Shown: positions 46,883 through 59,045 of the stretch, piece after piece
Numbering within the stretch: the first letter of the stretch is position 1
Layout of the letters: every line of letters begins with the position of its first letter
Source of the DNA: Alphaproteobacteria bacterium
GTDB lineage: Bacteria; Pseudomonadota; Alphaproteobacteria; UBA828
Assembly (NCBI GenBank): GCA_965221125.1
Contig: CBDCRW010000005.1
Location: 128,001 to 192,000, forward strand
Length of the DNA stretch: 64,000 nucleotides
Reading direction: 5' to 3'
Notes under the pieces: generated by a model
Told to the model about the DNA's origin: nothing
Seen by the model: the letters and a program-made list of their open reading frames with translations, nothing else
Databases searched by the model: none
Made by a program: the position numbers and the translations under genes

Positions 46883-48513
46883 CCGCGCAGCCGCGCCCCC
46901 CAGTGGTGCCAGACGCCGATGGCGAACGTGACCGCCGTGGCGAGCAGCAGGAGGATGGCGAGGGTCCACCCGCCCAGGCGGGCCATGGGCGTCCGTGATT
47001 CGAGCGCCGGCGGCAGCGCTGCGTCGAGCACGCCGGCCTCTCCCAGACCGAGTTCGCCCACGATGCGGCCGTAGGAGTCGACGACGGCCGAGATGCCGGT
47101 GTTCGCCGCCCGCACGAGGGGCATGCCCTCCTCGATCGTGCGCAGACGGGCCGCCTGGAAATGGTGATAGGGCCCGGCGGTCCGCCCGAACCAGGCGTCG
47201 TTGGTGAGGTTGAGCAGCCACTGCGGCCGCTCGCCCGCCGTCTCGTGGTCGGCCACGACCTCGCCGGGAAAGACCGCCTCGTAGCAGATCAGTGGGCTGA
47301 AGGGCGGCACGCCAGGCACGCGCAGGGTGCGCGGGCCGGGCCCGGAAGACGTGTCGGCCGCACCGAAGGTCAGCGCCCTCAGGTTGACGATCGAGCGCAG
47401 CGGCATGTACTCCCCGAACGGCACCAGGTGGTGCTTGTCGTAGCTGGCGACGACGCTGCCCCCCAGCTCGAGCGCATGGAGGCTGTTCCAGTAGGCGACG
47501 GTGCGCCCCGCCGAACGCGTGCGCCGCAGCGCGCCGGTGATCACGTGGCCGCCGGGCGGAGCCGCCCGCGAGACGAAGTCCATGAGCGTCCTGCTCTCGT
47601 CCAGGAAGAACGTCGCCGCCGCCTCCGGCCAGATGACGATGTCCGCCTCGTCGAAGCCGGGCTCGTGCGACAGGATGACGTGCTGCGCGAGCGCCGCCTC
47701 GCGGGCGCCGTCCTTCCACTTCTCGGCCTGGTCGATGTTGGCCTGCACCACCCGCAGGTTCACGCCCGTGGGCGCGAGATCGGGCGCGAGCACAAGACGC
47801 GCCTGCCCGCCGACCCAGATCGCCGCCAGGAGAGCGAAGGCGGCGGCAGGCACCAGCCAGGGCCGGCGGCCGGGCGTTTCGCCCGAGGGCGTGTCCCCTG
47901 TGCGCGGCGCGGCCAGCGACGCGGGCGACGCCGCAGCGAGCACGGTCACGAAGCTGAGCCCGTAGACCCCGAACCACGCCGTGGACTGGATCATGCCGAG
48001 GGACGGCATCCAGGCCGTGCCCACCAGGTTCATGGGAAAGCCGCTCAGGATGTTGCCGCGCAGCCATTCCACGGCGGTCCAGGCGACGGCGAAGGCGATT
48101 ACGCGGCCCCCGAGCGGCAACCTGTTCAGCCGCACCGCGAAGGCCGCCAGCGCCGGGAAGAGCGCGAAGAAGGCAGAGAGGCCGAGCACCGCCGGCACCA
48201 TCAGCCAGCCGAAGCGCGAGGGATCGGTCATGAACGCGGCGCCGATCCAGTAGATGCCGACGAGAAAGTGGCCGAAGCCGAACCACCAGCCCGCGAGCGC
48301 CGCGCGCCACGGCGAGCGGCTGGCGTGGATCAGCCAGACGAGGCCGGTGAACGAGACCAGCAGCAGCGGCAGCGCGTGCCCCGGCGGCAGCGCCACAGCC
48401 GCGACGGCGCCGAGCGCGCACGCCAGTGCGGAACGGCGCCAGCCGGTCGCAGCGCCGACCGTCAGCGCGAGCGCCGCGAGCCGCCGAGCGGCGGGCCGCC
48501 CGGACTCGGTCAC
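46870..48513 (-). CDS. lnt: Apolipoprotein N-acyltransferase
   Basis: IWPEAA, YDKHHLVPFGEY, PLICYE, NDAWFG, RAANTGIS. Confidence 0.95.
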   Translation of the reverse strand: MTESGRPAARRLAALALTVGAATGWRRSALACALGAVAAVALPPGHALPLLLVSFTGLVWLIHASRSPWRAALAGWWFGFGHFLVGIYWIGAAFMTDPSRFGWLMVPAVLGLSAFFALFPALAAFAVRLNRLPLGGRVIAFAVAWTAVEWLRGNILSGFPMNLVGTAWMPSLGMIQSTAWFGVYGLSFVTVLAAASPASLAAPRTGDTPSGETPGRRPWLVPAAAFALLAAIWVGGQARLVLAPDLAPTGVNLRVVQANIDQAEKWKDGAREAALAQHVILSHEPGFDEADIVIWPEAAATFFLDESRTLMDFVSRAAPPGGHVITGALRRTRSAGRTVAYWNSLHALELGGSVVASYDKHHLVPFGEYMPLRSIVNLRALTFGAADTSSGPGPRTLRVPGVPPFSPLICYEAVFPGEVVADHETAGERPQWLLNLTNDAWFGRTAGPYHHFQAARLRTIEEGMPLVRAANTGISAVVDSYGRIVGELGLGEAGVLDAALPPALESRTPMARLGGWTLAILLLLATAVTFAIGVWHHWGARLRGQGE

Positions 48514-49436
48514 AGGTGACCGTGTGCGGAGTGCGTTTCGGTGCGGCTGACCCGCAGCCTCTTGATGCGCCGCGGGTCGGCCTCGAGCACGTCAAAGGTG
48601 AGGCCGGCCGGGTGGCGGATGCGCTCGCCCGCGCGCGGCACCCGCTCGGCGAGCGTGAACACGAGGCCGCCGAGGGTATCGACCGCATCCTCCTCGTCGC
48701 CGTCGAGCAGGCGCAGCGCCAGGCGGCGCTCCAGCTCGTCCACGCGCACGCGCGCGTCTGCCTCCATCGCGCCGTCGTCGAGATGGATCAGGGCGGGGGC
48801 CTCGATCTCGTCGTGCTCGTCCTCGATCTCGCCGACGATCTCCTCGACCACGTCCTCGATGGTGACCAGGCCGTGGGTGCCGCCGTATTCGTCGACGATC
48901 ACCGCCATGTGCAGGCGGGTCTCGCGCATCTCCTTCAGCAGCGCGGGGATCGGCATGGATTCGGGCACGAACAGGATGTCGCGCCGGATCGCCTCCAGGT
49001 CGAAGGGGCCGTCCCCGCCCCAGTGGCCCATGACGTCGCGGATGTGGATCATGCCGACGATGTCGTCGAGATTGCCGCGGTAGAGCGGCATGCGCGAGTG
49101 CCCCTTCTCCTTGATCGTGGCGACGACCTCGTCGAGCGGCGCGGAGACCTCGACCGCCGTGATGTCGTTGCGGGGCACCATCGCGTCTTCGGCGGTCAGC
49201 CCGCCGAAGCGGAGAAGGTTGAGCAGCAGGTCGCGCTCGTCGGGGCTGATCTGCTCCGCGATCTCTTCTTCTTCGAGGATCTCGCCGAGGGAGTCGCGCC
49301 ACGACCCGCCGTTGCCGCGGCCGAGCCCCTTGCGCAGCCAGTTGCCGACGAGGCCCACGACCGAGGCGCGGACCCGCCCGCCCCGGTCGCCGCTCGAACT
49401 GTCGTCGCTAGATGGAGGTTTGTCGTCGTCGCTCAT
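48510..49436 (-). CDS. corC: CorC/HlyC CBS-domain protein
   Basis: MVPR, GHSRMP, HMAVIVDEYGG, EDVVEEIVGEIEDEHD. Confidence 0.88.
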   Translation of the reverse strand: MSDDDKPPSSDDSSSGDRGGRVRASVVGLVGNWLRKGLGRGNGGSWRDSLGEILEEEEIAEQISPDERDLLLNLLRFGGLTAEDAMVPRNDITAVEVSAPLDEVVATIKEKGHSRMPLYRGNLDDIVGMIHIRDVMGHWGGDGPFDLEAIRRDILFVPESMPIPALLKEMRETRLHMAVIVDEYGGTHGLVTIEDVVEEIVGEIEDEHDEIEAPALIHLDDGAMEADARVRVDELERRLALRLLDGDEEDAVDTLGGLVFTLAERVPRAGERIRHPAGLTFDVLEADPRRIKRLRVSRTETHSAHGHL

Positions 49437-49479
49437 CGTTCCGCCGGCGCGGCCGCCTGCCGCGGGGCATGCCGGACCG

Positions 49480-49968
49480 TCACAGGTTAACGTAGGGATC
49501 GCATAAGCCAAGTGCCAATAGCGATTCGCTCTCGAGCGCGCGCATGCGCCGCTCCGCCGCCGGCTCGTCATGGTCGTGGCCCAGCAGATGGAAGACGCCG
49601 TGGACCACCAGGTGGCTCACCCGGTCGGCGAGCGCCACACCGGCGGACGCGCTGTCGCGCTCCACGGTCTCGCGGGCGAGCACGACGTCGCCCAGCATCA
49701 GCGGCTGCGCCGTCGGCCGCGGCTCCAGGCCGGGCTGCTCGTGGATCGGGAAGGAGAGCACGTCGGTCGCGCGGTCCTCGCCCCGGTAGGTGCGGTTCAG
49801 CGTGCGCACGAAGCAATCGTCGGCCAGCACGACGCCGAGCTCGACCGCCTCCGGCATCGCGCCTGCGGCCTCCAGCGCTGCGACGGCGGCGCGGCGGGCC
49901 ACAGCAGCGGCGTCAGGAAGAGCGGTCGACCACGCCGAATCGCGGAGGCTGATCTCGATCTCGGTCAT
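49480..49968 (-). CDS. ybeY: rRNA maturation RNase YbeY
   Basis: LNRTYRG...TDVLSFP, HGVFHLLGHDH. Confidence 0.93.
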   Translation of the reverse strand: MTEIEISLRDSAWSTALPDAAAVARRAAVAALEAAGAMPEAVELGVVLADDCFVRTLNRTYRGEDRATDVLSFPIHEQPGLEPRPTAQPLMLGDVVLARETVERDSASAGVALADRVSHLVVHGVFHLLGHDHDEPAAERRMRALESESLLALGLCDPYVNL

Positions 49969-50962
49969 CGTCGGGGATTGCGGCGTCGTAGGCCTCGAGG
50001 ATGCGGGTCACCAGGGAATGGCGCATGACGTCGGCGTTGCCGAAGCGGACGAAGCTGACATCGCTCAAGCCCTCCAGCGTCGCGGCCGCGTGGCGCAGCC
50101 CTGAGCGCGCGCCGGCCGGCAGGTCCACCTGCGTCAGGTCGCCGGTGACGACCATGCGCGAGCCCTCGCCGAGGCGGGTGAGGAACATCTTCATCTGCAG
50201 CGGCGTCGTGTTCTGCGCCTCGTCGAGGATGATGAAGGCCTGCGAGAGCGTGCGCCCGCGCATGAAGGCGAGCGGCGCGATCTCGATCTCCGCCGAATCG
50301 ATGCGTCGCGCCACCAGGTCCGCCGGCAGCATGTCGTGCAGCGCGTCGTAGAGCGGGCGGAGGTAGGGGTCGATCTTGTCCTTGAGGTCGCCGGGCAGGA
50401 AGCCGAGATGCTCGCCCGCCTCGACCGCCGGCCGCGACAGCACGATGCGCTCGACCCGGCCGGCAAGGTAGAGGGAAACCGCCATCGCCACGGCGAGATA
50501 GGTCTTGCCGGTGCCGGCGGGGCCGAGGCCGAACACCAGCTCGTTCTCCATCATGGCGCGCACGTAGTCGGCCTGGCGCGGCGAGCGCGGGCTCACCGGG
50601 CGCTTGCGGGTGCGGAGCACGAGCTCGGGCTCGGCCCGCGCGGGGTCCGAGGCCACGGCGTCGCCCCCGCCCGGCCCCATCGCCATGCGGATCGCCCCAT
50701 CGACCTCGCCGCCGCCCATCGGCAGGCCCTGCTTCAGCTTGTCGTAGAGCGTGCGCAGCACCGCCTCCGCCGCCGCGACCGCCGACGGCGGGCCGCTGAT
50801 CGCGACCTCGTTGCCGCGCGAGCGCAGCACCACGCCGAGCGCGTGCTCGATCCGCACCAGGTGGCGGTCATGATCGCCGAAGAGGAGGGGCAGAAGGGAA
50901 TTGTCGTCGAAGCGAATGTGCGCGCCGGCCTCGCCCGGCGCCCCGGATGCGGTACGGCTCAC
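49913..50962 (-). CDS. phoH: PhoH-family ATPase (YbeZ)
   Basis: [34 protein letters not shown]. Confidence 0.93.
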   Translation of the reverse strand: MSRTASGAPGEAGAHIRFDDNSLLPLLFGDHDRHLVRIEHALGVVLRSRGNEVAISGPPSAVAAAEAVLRTLYDKLKQGLPMGGGEVDGAIRMAMGPGGGDAVASDPARAEPELVLRTRKRPVSPRSPRQADYVRAMMENELVFGLGPAGTGKTYLAVAMAVSLYLAGRVERIVLSRPAVEAGEHLGFLPGDLKDKIDPYLRPLYDALHDMLPADLVARRIDSAEIEIAPLAFMRGRTLSQAFIILDEAQNTTPLQMKMFLTRLGEGSRMVVTGDLTQVDLPAGARSGLRHAAATLEGLSDVSFVRFGNADVMRHSLVTRILEAYDAAIPDDDRDRDQPPRFGVVDRSS

Positions 50963-52380
50963 GCGGGAACGCCCCCGATCGTATCCGCGCCGGCGGCGGC
51001 ATCGCGGGCGATGACGGGCGCATCGGCAACGCCCGTGAGCGCACCGGCAAGGCCGTTGGGCGACGCCTCGGTCACGGCCGCCTCGGCAACCGTGCCGATC
51101 AAGGCGTCGCCGCCGTCGACGTGGAGCCACTGCATGAACGGCGTGCGGCCCGCGACCTGGCCGGCGTGGCGGCCGCGCCGCTCGAACAGCACGGGGAGCG
51201 TCCGCCCCACCATGCTGGCGTTGAAGCGCCGCTTCTGGCCCTCGAGCAGGCGCTGCAGCCGGCTCAGCCGCTCGGCCGCGACCTCGCCCGGCACCTGGTC
51301 GTCGCGCTCGGCCGCCGGGGTGCCGGGGCGCGGGCTGTACTTGAAGGAGAACGCCTGCGCGTACTCGACCTCGCGCACGAGCGCGAGCGTCGCCTCGAAA
51401 TCCGCCTCGGTCTCGCCGGGGAAGCCCACGATGAAGTCGCTGGAGAGCGCGACGGCGGGCTGGGCGGCGCGGAGCGATTCCACCAGGCGCAGGTAGCGCG
51501 CGGCGCGGTGGCCCCGGTTCATGGCGGCAAGCACGCTGTCGGAGCCCGACTGCACCGGCAGGTGCAGGAAGGGCATCAGCTTGCGCTCCGTGCCGTGGGC
51601 GCAGATCAGCGCGGGCGTCATGTCGCGCGGATGCGAGGTGGTGTAGCGCAGCCGTTCCAGCCCTTCGATCGCAGCCAGCCGGGCGATCAGCCCCGCCAGG
51701 TCGATCTCGCTGCCGCCGGCCGCGTCGCCGGCGCCGTGATAGGCGTTGACGTTCTGGCCCAGCAGCACGATCTCGCGGGCGCCGGCGGCGACGAGACGCC
51801 GCGCCTCGGCCTCGACATCGGCGGCCGGGCGCGACTCTTCTGCCCCGCGGGTATAGGGCACGACGCAGAAGGTGCAGAAGCGGTCGCAGCCTTCCTGGAT
51901 CGTGAGGAAGGACGAGACCCCCCGCCCCGGCTGGCGGCCGGCCAGCTCCTCCGGCAGGTGGTCGAACCGCGATTCCGCCGGCATGGCGGTGTCGACGGCG
52001 GTGCGGCCCGCCCGCGAAGCGCCCGCCACCATGGCGGCCAGCCGGTGATAGGCTTGCGGGCCCACGACGATGTCCACGAAGGGCGCGCGGGCCGCCACCT
52101 CCTCGCCCTCGGCCTGGGCGACGCAGCCGGCGACGGCGAGCAGCATGTCTCGGCCGCTCCGCGCGCGCGCTTCCTTCAGCGCGCGCAGCCGGCCCAGCTC
52201 GGAGTAAACCTTCTCTGCCGCCTTCTCGCGGATGTGGCAGGTGTTGAGGACGACCAGGTCGGCATCCTCGACCTCCGTCGTCGAGCGATAGCCGAGCGGC
52301 GCCAGGACATCCGCCATGCGGGCGGAGTCGTAGACGTTCATCTGGCAGCCGAAAGTCTTGACGTAAAGTTTTTTGGCCAC
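50959..52380 (-). CDS. miaB: tRNA-2-methylthio-i6A synthase MiaB
   Basis: [28 protein letters not shown] (radical SAM), [13 protein letters not shown] domain. Confidence 0.95.
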   Translation of the reverse strand: MAKKLYVKTFGCQMNVYDSARMADVLAPLGYRSTTEVEDADLVVLNTCHIREKAAEKVYSELGRLRALKEARARSGRDMLLAVAGCVAQAEGEEVAARAPFVDIVVGPQAYHRLAAMVAGASRAGRTAVDTAMPAESRFDHLPEELAGRQPGRGVSSFLTIQEGCDRFCTFCVVPYTRGAEESRPAADVEAEARRLVAAGAREIVLLGQNVNAYHGAGDAAGGSEIDLAGLIARLAAIEGLERLRYTTSHPRDMTPALICAHGTERKLMPFLHLPVQSGSDSVLAAMNRGHRAARYLRLVESLRAAQPAVALSSDFIVGFPGETEADFEATLALVREVEYAQAFSFKYSPRPGTPAAERDDQVPGEVAAERLSRLQRLLEGQKRRFNASMVGRTLPVLFERRGRHAGQVAGRTPFMQWLHVDGGDALIGTVAEAAVTEASPNGLAGALTGVADAPVIARDAAAGADTIGGVPA

Positions 52381-52581
52381 GGCCTCGCCGTGTGTCGGGG
52401 CCTCGCTGGAGACCGCGCGGCGCGCCAATCGTGCCGCTCCCTACCCCGTATTCCGGCCGCCGACCCTAGCACCCGCCACCACCCTGTCAAGCATGCGTGC
52501 CCCTGGTTCCAGGGACGGGCGCGCCCGGAATGCGAGCGGGGGCAGGCGTTTGCGCGGCGCGGAAGCCGGCAGGGTTCTGGC

Positions 52582-53220
52582 CTATTCCGCCCTGGCGAAC
52601 GCGCCGGTGGCGGGGTCCATGGTCCAGAGCGCGCCGTGGGCGATGTCGAACCAGGCGCCGTGCAGGCTGAGCCGGTCGCGGTCCTCCAGGATCGAGACGA
52701 ACGGGAAGGTCCGCAGGTTCGCGAGCGAATGGCGGATGGAGGCACGTTCGAGCGCGGTCTGCCGCTCTTCGTCCGTGAGCCCGGTGCTCGCGGCGATCTC
52801 GTCAGCGGCGGGCCCGAGCGGCTTCATCCACTTGCCGATGAAGTCGCCGGGAGAGAGCGGTTCCGCCGCCGGATGCAGCGCCGCATGAATGCCGCCGCAG
52901 CGCCCGTGGCCGAGCACGACGATGTGCCGGACCTTGAGGCTCTGCACGGCGAATTCGAGCGCGGCCAAGGTGCCGTCGAGGGAGCCGTCCGGCTCGTAGG
53001 GCGGCACCAGGTTGGCGACGTTGCGGACGACGAAGATCTCGCCGGGCGCGGCATTGAAGATGGTCTCCGGCGCGGAGCGGGAATCGCAGCAGGCGACGAC
53101 CATGACCTCGGGCCTCTGCCCCTGCTCGGCGAGCGCGCGGTAGCGGGCGTGTTCCCTGGCGTAGCGGTCGCCCTTGAACGAGCGGTAGCCGGTCAGAAGA
53201 GAATCCGGGAAAGCGGTCAT
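52582..53220 (-). CDS. Beta-class carbonic anhydrase
   Basis: CCDSR, RNVANLVP, GHGRCGG. Confidence 0.92.
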   Translation of the reverse strand: MTAFPDSLLTGYRSFKGDRYAREHARYRALAEQGQRPEVMVVACCDSRSAPETIFNAAPGEIFVVRNVANLVPPYEPDGSLDGTLAALEFAVQSLKVRHIVVLGHGRCGGIHAALHPAAEPLSPGDFIGKWMKPLGPAADEIAASTGLTDEERQTALERASIRHSLANLRTFPFVSILEDRDRLSLHGAWFDIAHGALWTMDPATGAFARAE

Positions 53221-53789
53221 CGGTCTTCGGCAGCTTGCGAGCGGGAGCCTGGGAGCAGCATGCGCCGCAGCGTCGATCCCCCGTCGACGACGTGGTGCTT
53301 GAGCGCTGCAATGACGTGCAGGCCGACCAGGCCGATGCCTCCATAGGCAACGTAGAAGTGAATGTCGATGGCGAGGTCGCGGGTCGCGGCCGTCACGTCG
53401 AACAGCGCGGGCACGTCGAAGAGGTCGAACATGCCGATGCCGGCGCCCTCCGAAGTCGAGATCAGGTAGCCGGTGACCGGCAGCAGGACCATGAGCGCGT
53501 TCAAGAGCCAGTGCATCGCGGTGGCGCCCGTGCGCTCGTGGGGCTTCACCTCCGGCCCGTATGCGGGGTAGCGATCCGCGAGCTTCCAGCCGAACTTCGC
53601 CAGCGCGAGCGCCAGGACCACGATCCCGATGGCCTTATGGAGCGCGAGGGAATCGTTGTACCAGGGATCGTAGTAGGTGAGCCCCACCATCCAGGCCCCG
53701 AGCCCGACGAGGCCGACGAAACCGAGCGCGATGGCCCAGTGAAGGCCCGAGGCGACAATGCCGTAGTGGCCGGCGCCGCTCCGCCACAT
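53217..53789 (-). CDS. Cytochrome b561 (YceJ/CybB-like)
   Basis: LHW, LHKAIG, MHW, IH...LHV.AALKHH. Confidence 0.9.
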   Translation of the reverse strand: MWRSGAGHYGIVASGLHWAIALGFVGLVGLGAWMVGLTYYDPWYNDSLALHKAIGIVVLALALAKFGWKLADRYPAYGPEVKPHERTGATAMHWLLNALMVLLPVTGYLISTSEGAGIGMFDLFDVPALFDVTAATRDLAIDIHFYVAYGGIGLVGLHVIAALKHHVVDGGSTLRRMLLPGSRSQAAEDR

Positions 53790-53823
53790 CGCCGTTCCGC
53801 AGATGTCCGCCTCGGCCCCCGGC

Positions 53824-54399
53824 CTATTGGCGGACGCCCTCGATGAAGAGGAAAAGCTCCATGGATTCGGACGCAGGCCCCAAGTTGTAGCCCATGCCGA
53901 AATCCTTGCGAACGAGCGACACGGTGCCTTCGAAGCCGGCGCGGTAGCCGCCCCAGGGGTCCTTGCCTTCGCCCACCTTGCTGACCGCGATGGCGATGGG
54001 TTTGGTGACCCCGTGGAGCGTCAAGTCGCCCGTCATCGTGCCGCCGCCGGCATCGCCCTCGTAGCCGGTGCTGACGAAGGTGGCGGTCGGGAACTCGTCG
54101 ACGTTCAGGAAGTCGGCCGAGCGCAGGTGCTTGTCGCGCTCGGCGTGGTTCGTGTCGACGCTCGCGGTGTCGATCTCGACCGCGATGGACTGTGCCTCGG
54201 GCCCGGCCTCGGAATCGAACGTGAAGTTGCCGGACACGGTCTCGAAGGTGCCGATCATCCAGGAGACGCCGATGTGCGAAATCTTGAACTGAACGAAGCT
54301 GTGCCCCGAATCGATCGTGTAGTCGGCGGCCTGGCCGGCCGTGCCTGTGAATGCGAGGGCGGCGGCCACGAGAGCGGCCCCGAGCGAACGCTTGATCAT
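53824..54399 (-). CDS. yceI: YceI-family periplasmic isoprenoid-binding protein
   Basis: YTIDSGHS, ERDKHLRS.DF, GDLTLHGVTK, DPWGG.RAGF. Confidence 0.92.
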   Translation of the reverse strand: MIKRSLGAALVAAALAFTGTAGQAADYTIDSGHSFVQFKISHIGVSWMIGTFETVSGNFTFDSEAGPEAQSIAVEIDTASVDTNHAERDKHLRSADFLNVDEFPTATFVSTGYEGDAGGGTMTGDLTLHGVTKPIAIAVSKVGEGKDPWGGYRAGFEGTVSLVRKDFGMGYNLGPASESMELFLFIEGVRQ

Positions 54400-54442
54400 T
54401 GCAAGAGCCTCCTTCCGAAGACCAGACGGGACGGCGGCGGGG

Positions 54443-55498
54443 TCAAAGCGCCTCGGCGACGGCCTTGCCGAAGTCCTGCGTGCTGGCGCTGCCGCCCAGG
54501 TCGGGGGTGAGAGGGGCGCCGGCGGCCAGCACCGTCTCGATGGCGCCTTCGATGGCCCGTGCCGCATCGCCGTGGCCGAGGTGGTCCACCATCATCGCGG
54601 CGGTCCAGATCATCGCGACCGGGTTGGCGACGCTGCGGCCTGCGATGTCCGGCGCGGAGCCGTGGACCGGCTCGAACATGGAGGGGTGGTCGCGGTCAGG
54701 ATTCAGGTTGGCGGCCGGTGCCAACCCCATGCCGCCGGCCACGGCGGCGCCGAGATCGGAGAGGATGTCGCCGAACAGGTTGCTGCCCACCACCACGTCG
54801 AACCAGTCCGGATGCTGCACGAAATGCGCGCTCAGGATGTCGATGTGGTAGCTCTCGGTCTCCACGTCCGGGTAGTCGGCAGAAGCGGCGGCGAAGCGCT
54901 CGTCCCAGTAGGGCATGGTGTGGATGATGCCGTTGGACTTCGTCGCGGACGCGACGCGGCCCCGCCTCGTGCGCGCAAGCTCGAAGGCGTAGCGCATCAC
55001 CCGGTCGACGCCCTGGCGGGTGAACACGCTCTCCTGCACCACCGCCTCCTGCTCGGTGCCGGCGTAGATCCGCCCGCCCATCTCGGAATACTCGCCCTCG
55101 TTGTTCTCGCGGACGATGACGAAGTCGATGTCGGCCTGGCTGCGGCCGGCGAGCGGCGAGGAGACGCCCTTGAGCAGCTTGATCGGGCGCAGGTTGACGT
55201 ACTGGCGGAAGGCGCGGCGGAGCGGGATCAGGAGGCCCCAGAGCGAGACGTGGTCCGGCACGCCGGGGAAGCCCACCGCGCCTAGCAGGATCGCGTCGAA
55301 GGGGCGCAGCACCTCGATGCCGTCCTCCGGCATCATCCGGCCGGTCTTGCCGTAGGTCTCGCAGCTCCAGTCGAAGTGCTGCCAGTCGAAACGCACGTCG
55401 AAGCGGCGGCCGGCGGCCTCGAGCACGCGCATCGCCTCGGGCATGACCTCGTTGCCGATGCCGTCGCCGGGAATCACCGCAATTCGATAGTGCGCCAT
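54443..55498 (-). CDS. dmlA: Tartrate/D-malate dehydrogenase (decarboxylating)
   Basis: PGDGIG, VPDHVSLWGLLIP, SATKSNG, NLFGDILSD, EPVHGSAPDIAG. Confidence 0.85.
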   Translation of the reverse strand: MAHYRIAVIPGDGIGNEVMPEAMRVLEAAGRRFDVRFDWQHFDWSCETYGKTGRMMPEDGIEVLRPFDAILLGAVGFPGVPDHVSLWGLLIPLRRAFRQYVNLRPIKLLKGVSSPLAGRSQADIDFVIVRENNEGEYSEMGGRIYAGTEQEAVVQESVFTRQGVDRVMRYAFELARTRRGRVASATKSNGIIHTMPYWDERFAAASADYPDVETESYHIDILSAHFVQHPDWFDVVVGSNLFGDILSDLGAAVAGGMGLAPAANLNPDRDHPSMFEPVHGSAPDIAGRSVANPVAMIWTAAMMVDHLGHGDAARAIEGAIETVLAAGAPLTPDLGGSASTQDFGKAVAEAL

Positions 55499-55631
55499 GG
55501 ACACGGCCTCCGTTCGCCGGCGGCTGACCCGGACCGGCGGCGCGTACTCTACTCGCGGCACGCAGGTTCGCGCTACAAGACGATGATGTCCGCCTCACGG
55601 GCGCAGGGTGCTTCCTTACCCTTCGGGGCCT

Positions 55632-56558
55632 TTACCCCTCAGAAGCGGACAGGAGCCGGTTCAGTAGCGAAAGATACTTGCCCGCGATGGGGCGGAGGCG
55701 GCCCTGATCGGTCAGCATGCCGCAAAAGTGGTTGTCGCGTTCGACGTAACGATCGCCGAGCTCGACCAGCGCGCCCGTTTCGAGGTGCCGGTCGACGAAG
55801 CGCCGCCAGCCGAGGGCGATGCCCTGCCCTGACGCGGCGGCCTCGAGAGAGTAGATGTAGTTGTCGAAGCCGGTGAACCGGGGCCGGGGCTCGGGGTGGC
55901 CGGCGGCCTGGAACCAGTCCTCCCACGACGCCCAGCCCGCGTTGGGGAGGCCGGGTTCGAGAAATGCAAGCGCGCCCCACCCGCTCACGGGCCCGCTCAG
56001 CGTCCTCTCGTGGGCCGTGGCGTATTCGGGCGCGCAGACGGGCCGCACCGCCTCCCTGAAGAACGCCGTGCGTTCCTTCGGCCCGATGACACGGTCCCAG
56101 TCCAGGACCACGTCGGGCACGGGATCGAGCGGCAGGTTCCGCGCGTAGCTGTTGAAGATCGCGGTGCCGATCCGGGTCTCCTCGCCGAGAGCCTCCTGAA
56201 GCGCGCTGCGAAGTGGCATCAGCAGGTAGTGGGACGCCGGTTCGGAGCAGGCGATCATCACCTGCTCGCGCGTCGACGGCTGGACGACCTCGGAGATGGC
56301 CGTCTTGATCAGACCGAGACCGGCGGCGGTCTTCTCGTGATAGCGCTTTCCTTCTTCGGTCAGTCTCACGCCGTTCCGGGACCGCTCGAACAGGCGGATG
56401 CCGAGATGCGTCTCGAGGCTCGCCATATGGCGGCTGACCGCAGGCTGCGAAATCCCCAGCTCCTTCGCGGCGCCGGCAAAACTGCCGTGCCGGGCGGCGC
56501 ACTCGAAGGCATTGAGAACCGTCGTGGTCGGCAACCGATAGGAGTCGTCCTTTGCCAT
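55632..56558 (-). CDS. LysR-family regulator (GcvA-like)
   Basis: FECAARHGSF..AA.EL.ISQPAVSR, W..WF, A..GQGIALGW. Confidence 0.9.
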   Translation of the reverse strand: MAKDDSYRLPTTTVLNAFECAARHGSFAGAAKELGISQPAVSRHMASLETHLGIRLFERSRNGVRLTEEGKRYHEKTAAGLGLIKTAISEVVQPSTREQVMIACSEPASHYLLMPLRSALQEALGEETRIGTAIFNSYARNLPLDPVPDVVLDWDRVIGPKERTAFFREAVRPVCAPEYATAHERTLSGPVSGWGALAFLEPGLPNAGWASWEDWFQAAGHPEPRPRFTGFDNYIYSLEAAASGQGIALGWRRFVDRHLETGALVELGDRYVERDNHFCGMLTDQGRLRPIAGKYLSLLNRLLSASEG

Positions 56559-56860
56559 AACGAGTTTGATACAGGCATAATATTGACAGTGCAATTGGCT
56601 TCGAAAGGAAGCATAACGACAGCTCTGATTTCAATAACTTTGAAGTTATATATATGCTTAGAAAGTGGCCACATATATGTTTATTAGGTTATGTAAATGC
56701 CTATTGCTCATACGGTGGCCTGATTGCCGGCTCACATTTGGACGCCGGCAAATGTCATAACGTTCTGATTATGCGTATGCGAAATAACGGCGTTGCCCGG
56801 CGGCACGGGGTCCTGCGAGACCGCCGCCGAGACCCTGACTCACTCGCCAGCAATTGCGAA

Positions 56861-56874
56861 TTGGATCGATCCAA
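56861..56874. promoter_or_regulatory. LacI-type operator 1
   Basis: Perfect palindrome TTGGATCGATCCAA with central CG, upstream of the LacI gene. Confidence 0.7.
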
Positions 56875-56926
56875 ATAAATGTGCTATACGCCCGCGCACA
56901 TTCCCCGTGAACAGGGGGAAACGTCA

Positions 56927-56942
56927 TTTGGATCGTGCCAAA
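56927..56942. promoter_or_regulatory. LacI-type operator 2
   Basis: TTTGGATCGTGCCAAA, an imperfect copy of operator 1. Confidence 0.6.
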
Positions 56943-56972
56943 TCCGGGCGGGCGGCAGGAACGGAGCGGCGG

Positions 56973-59038
<2,066 letters not shown>

Positions 59039-59045
59039 GGGCATC

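Noticed and set aside
46870-52380. miaB-phoH-ybeY-corC-lnt cluster as a novelty
   Set aside because: Well-known conserved housekeeping arrangement.
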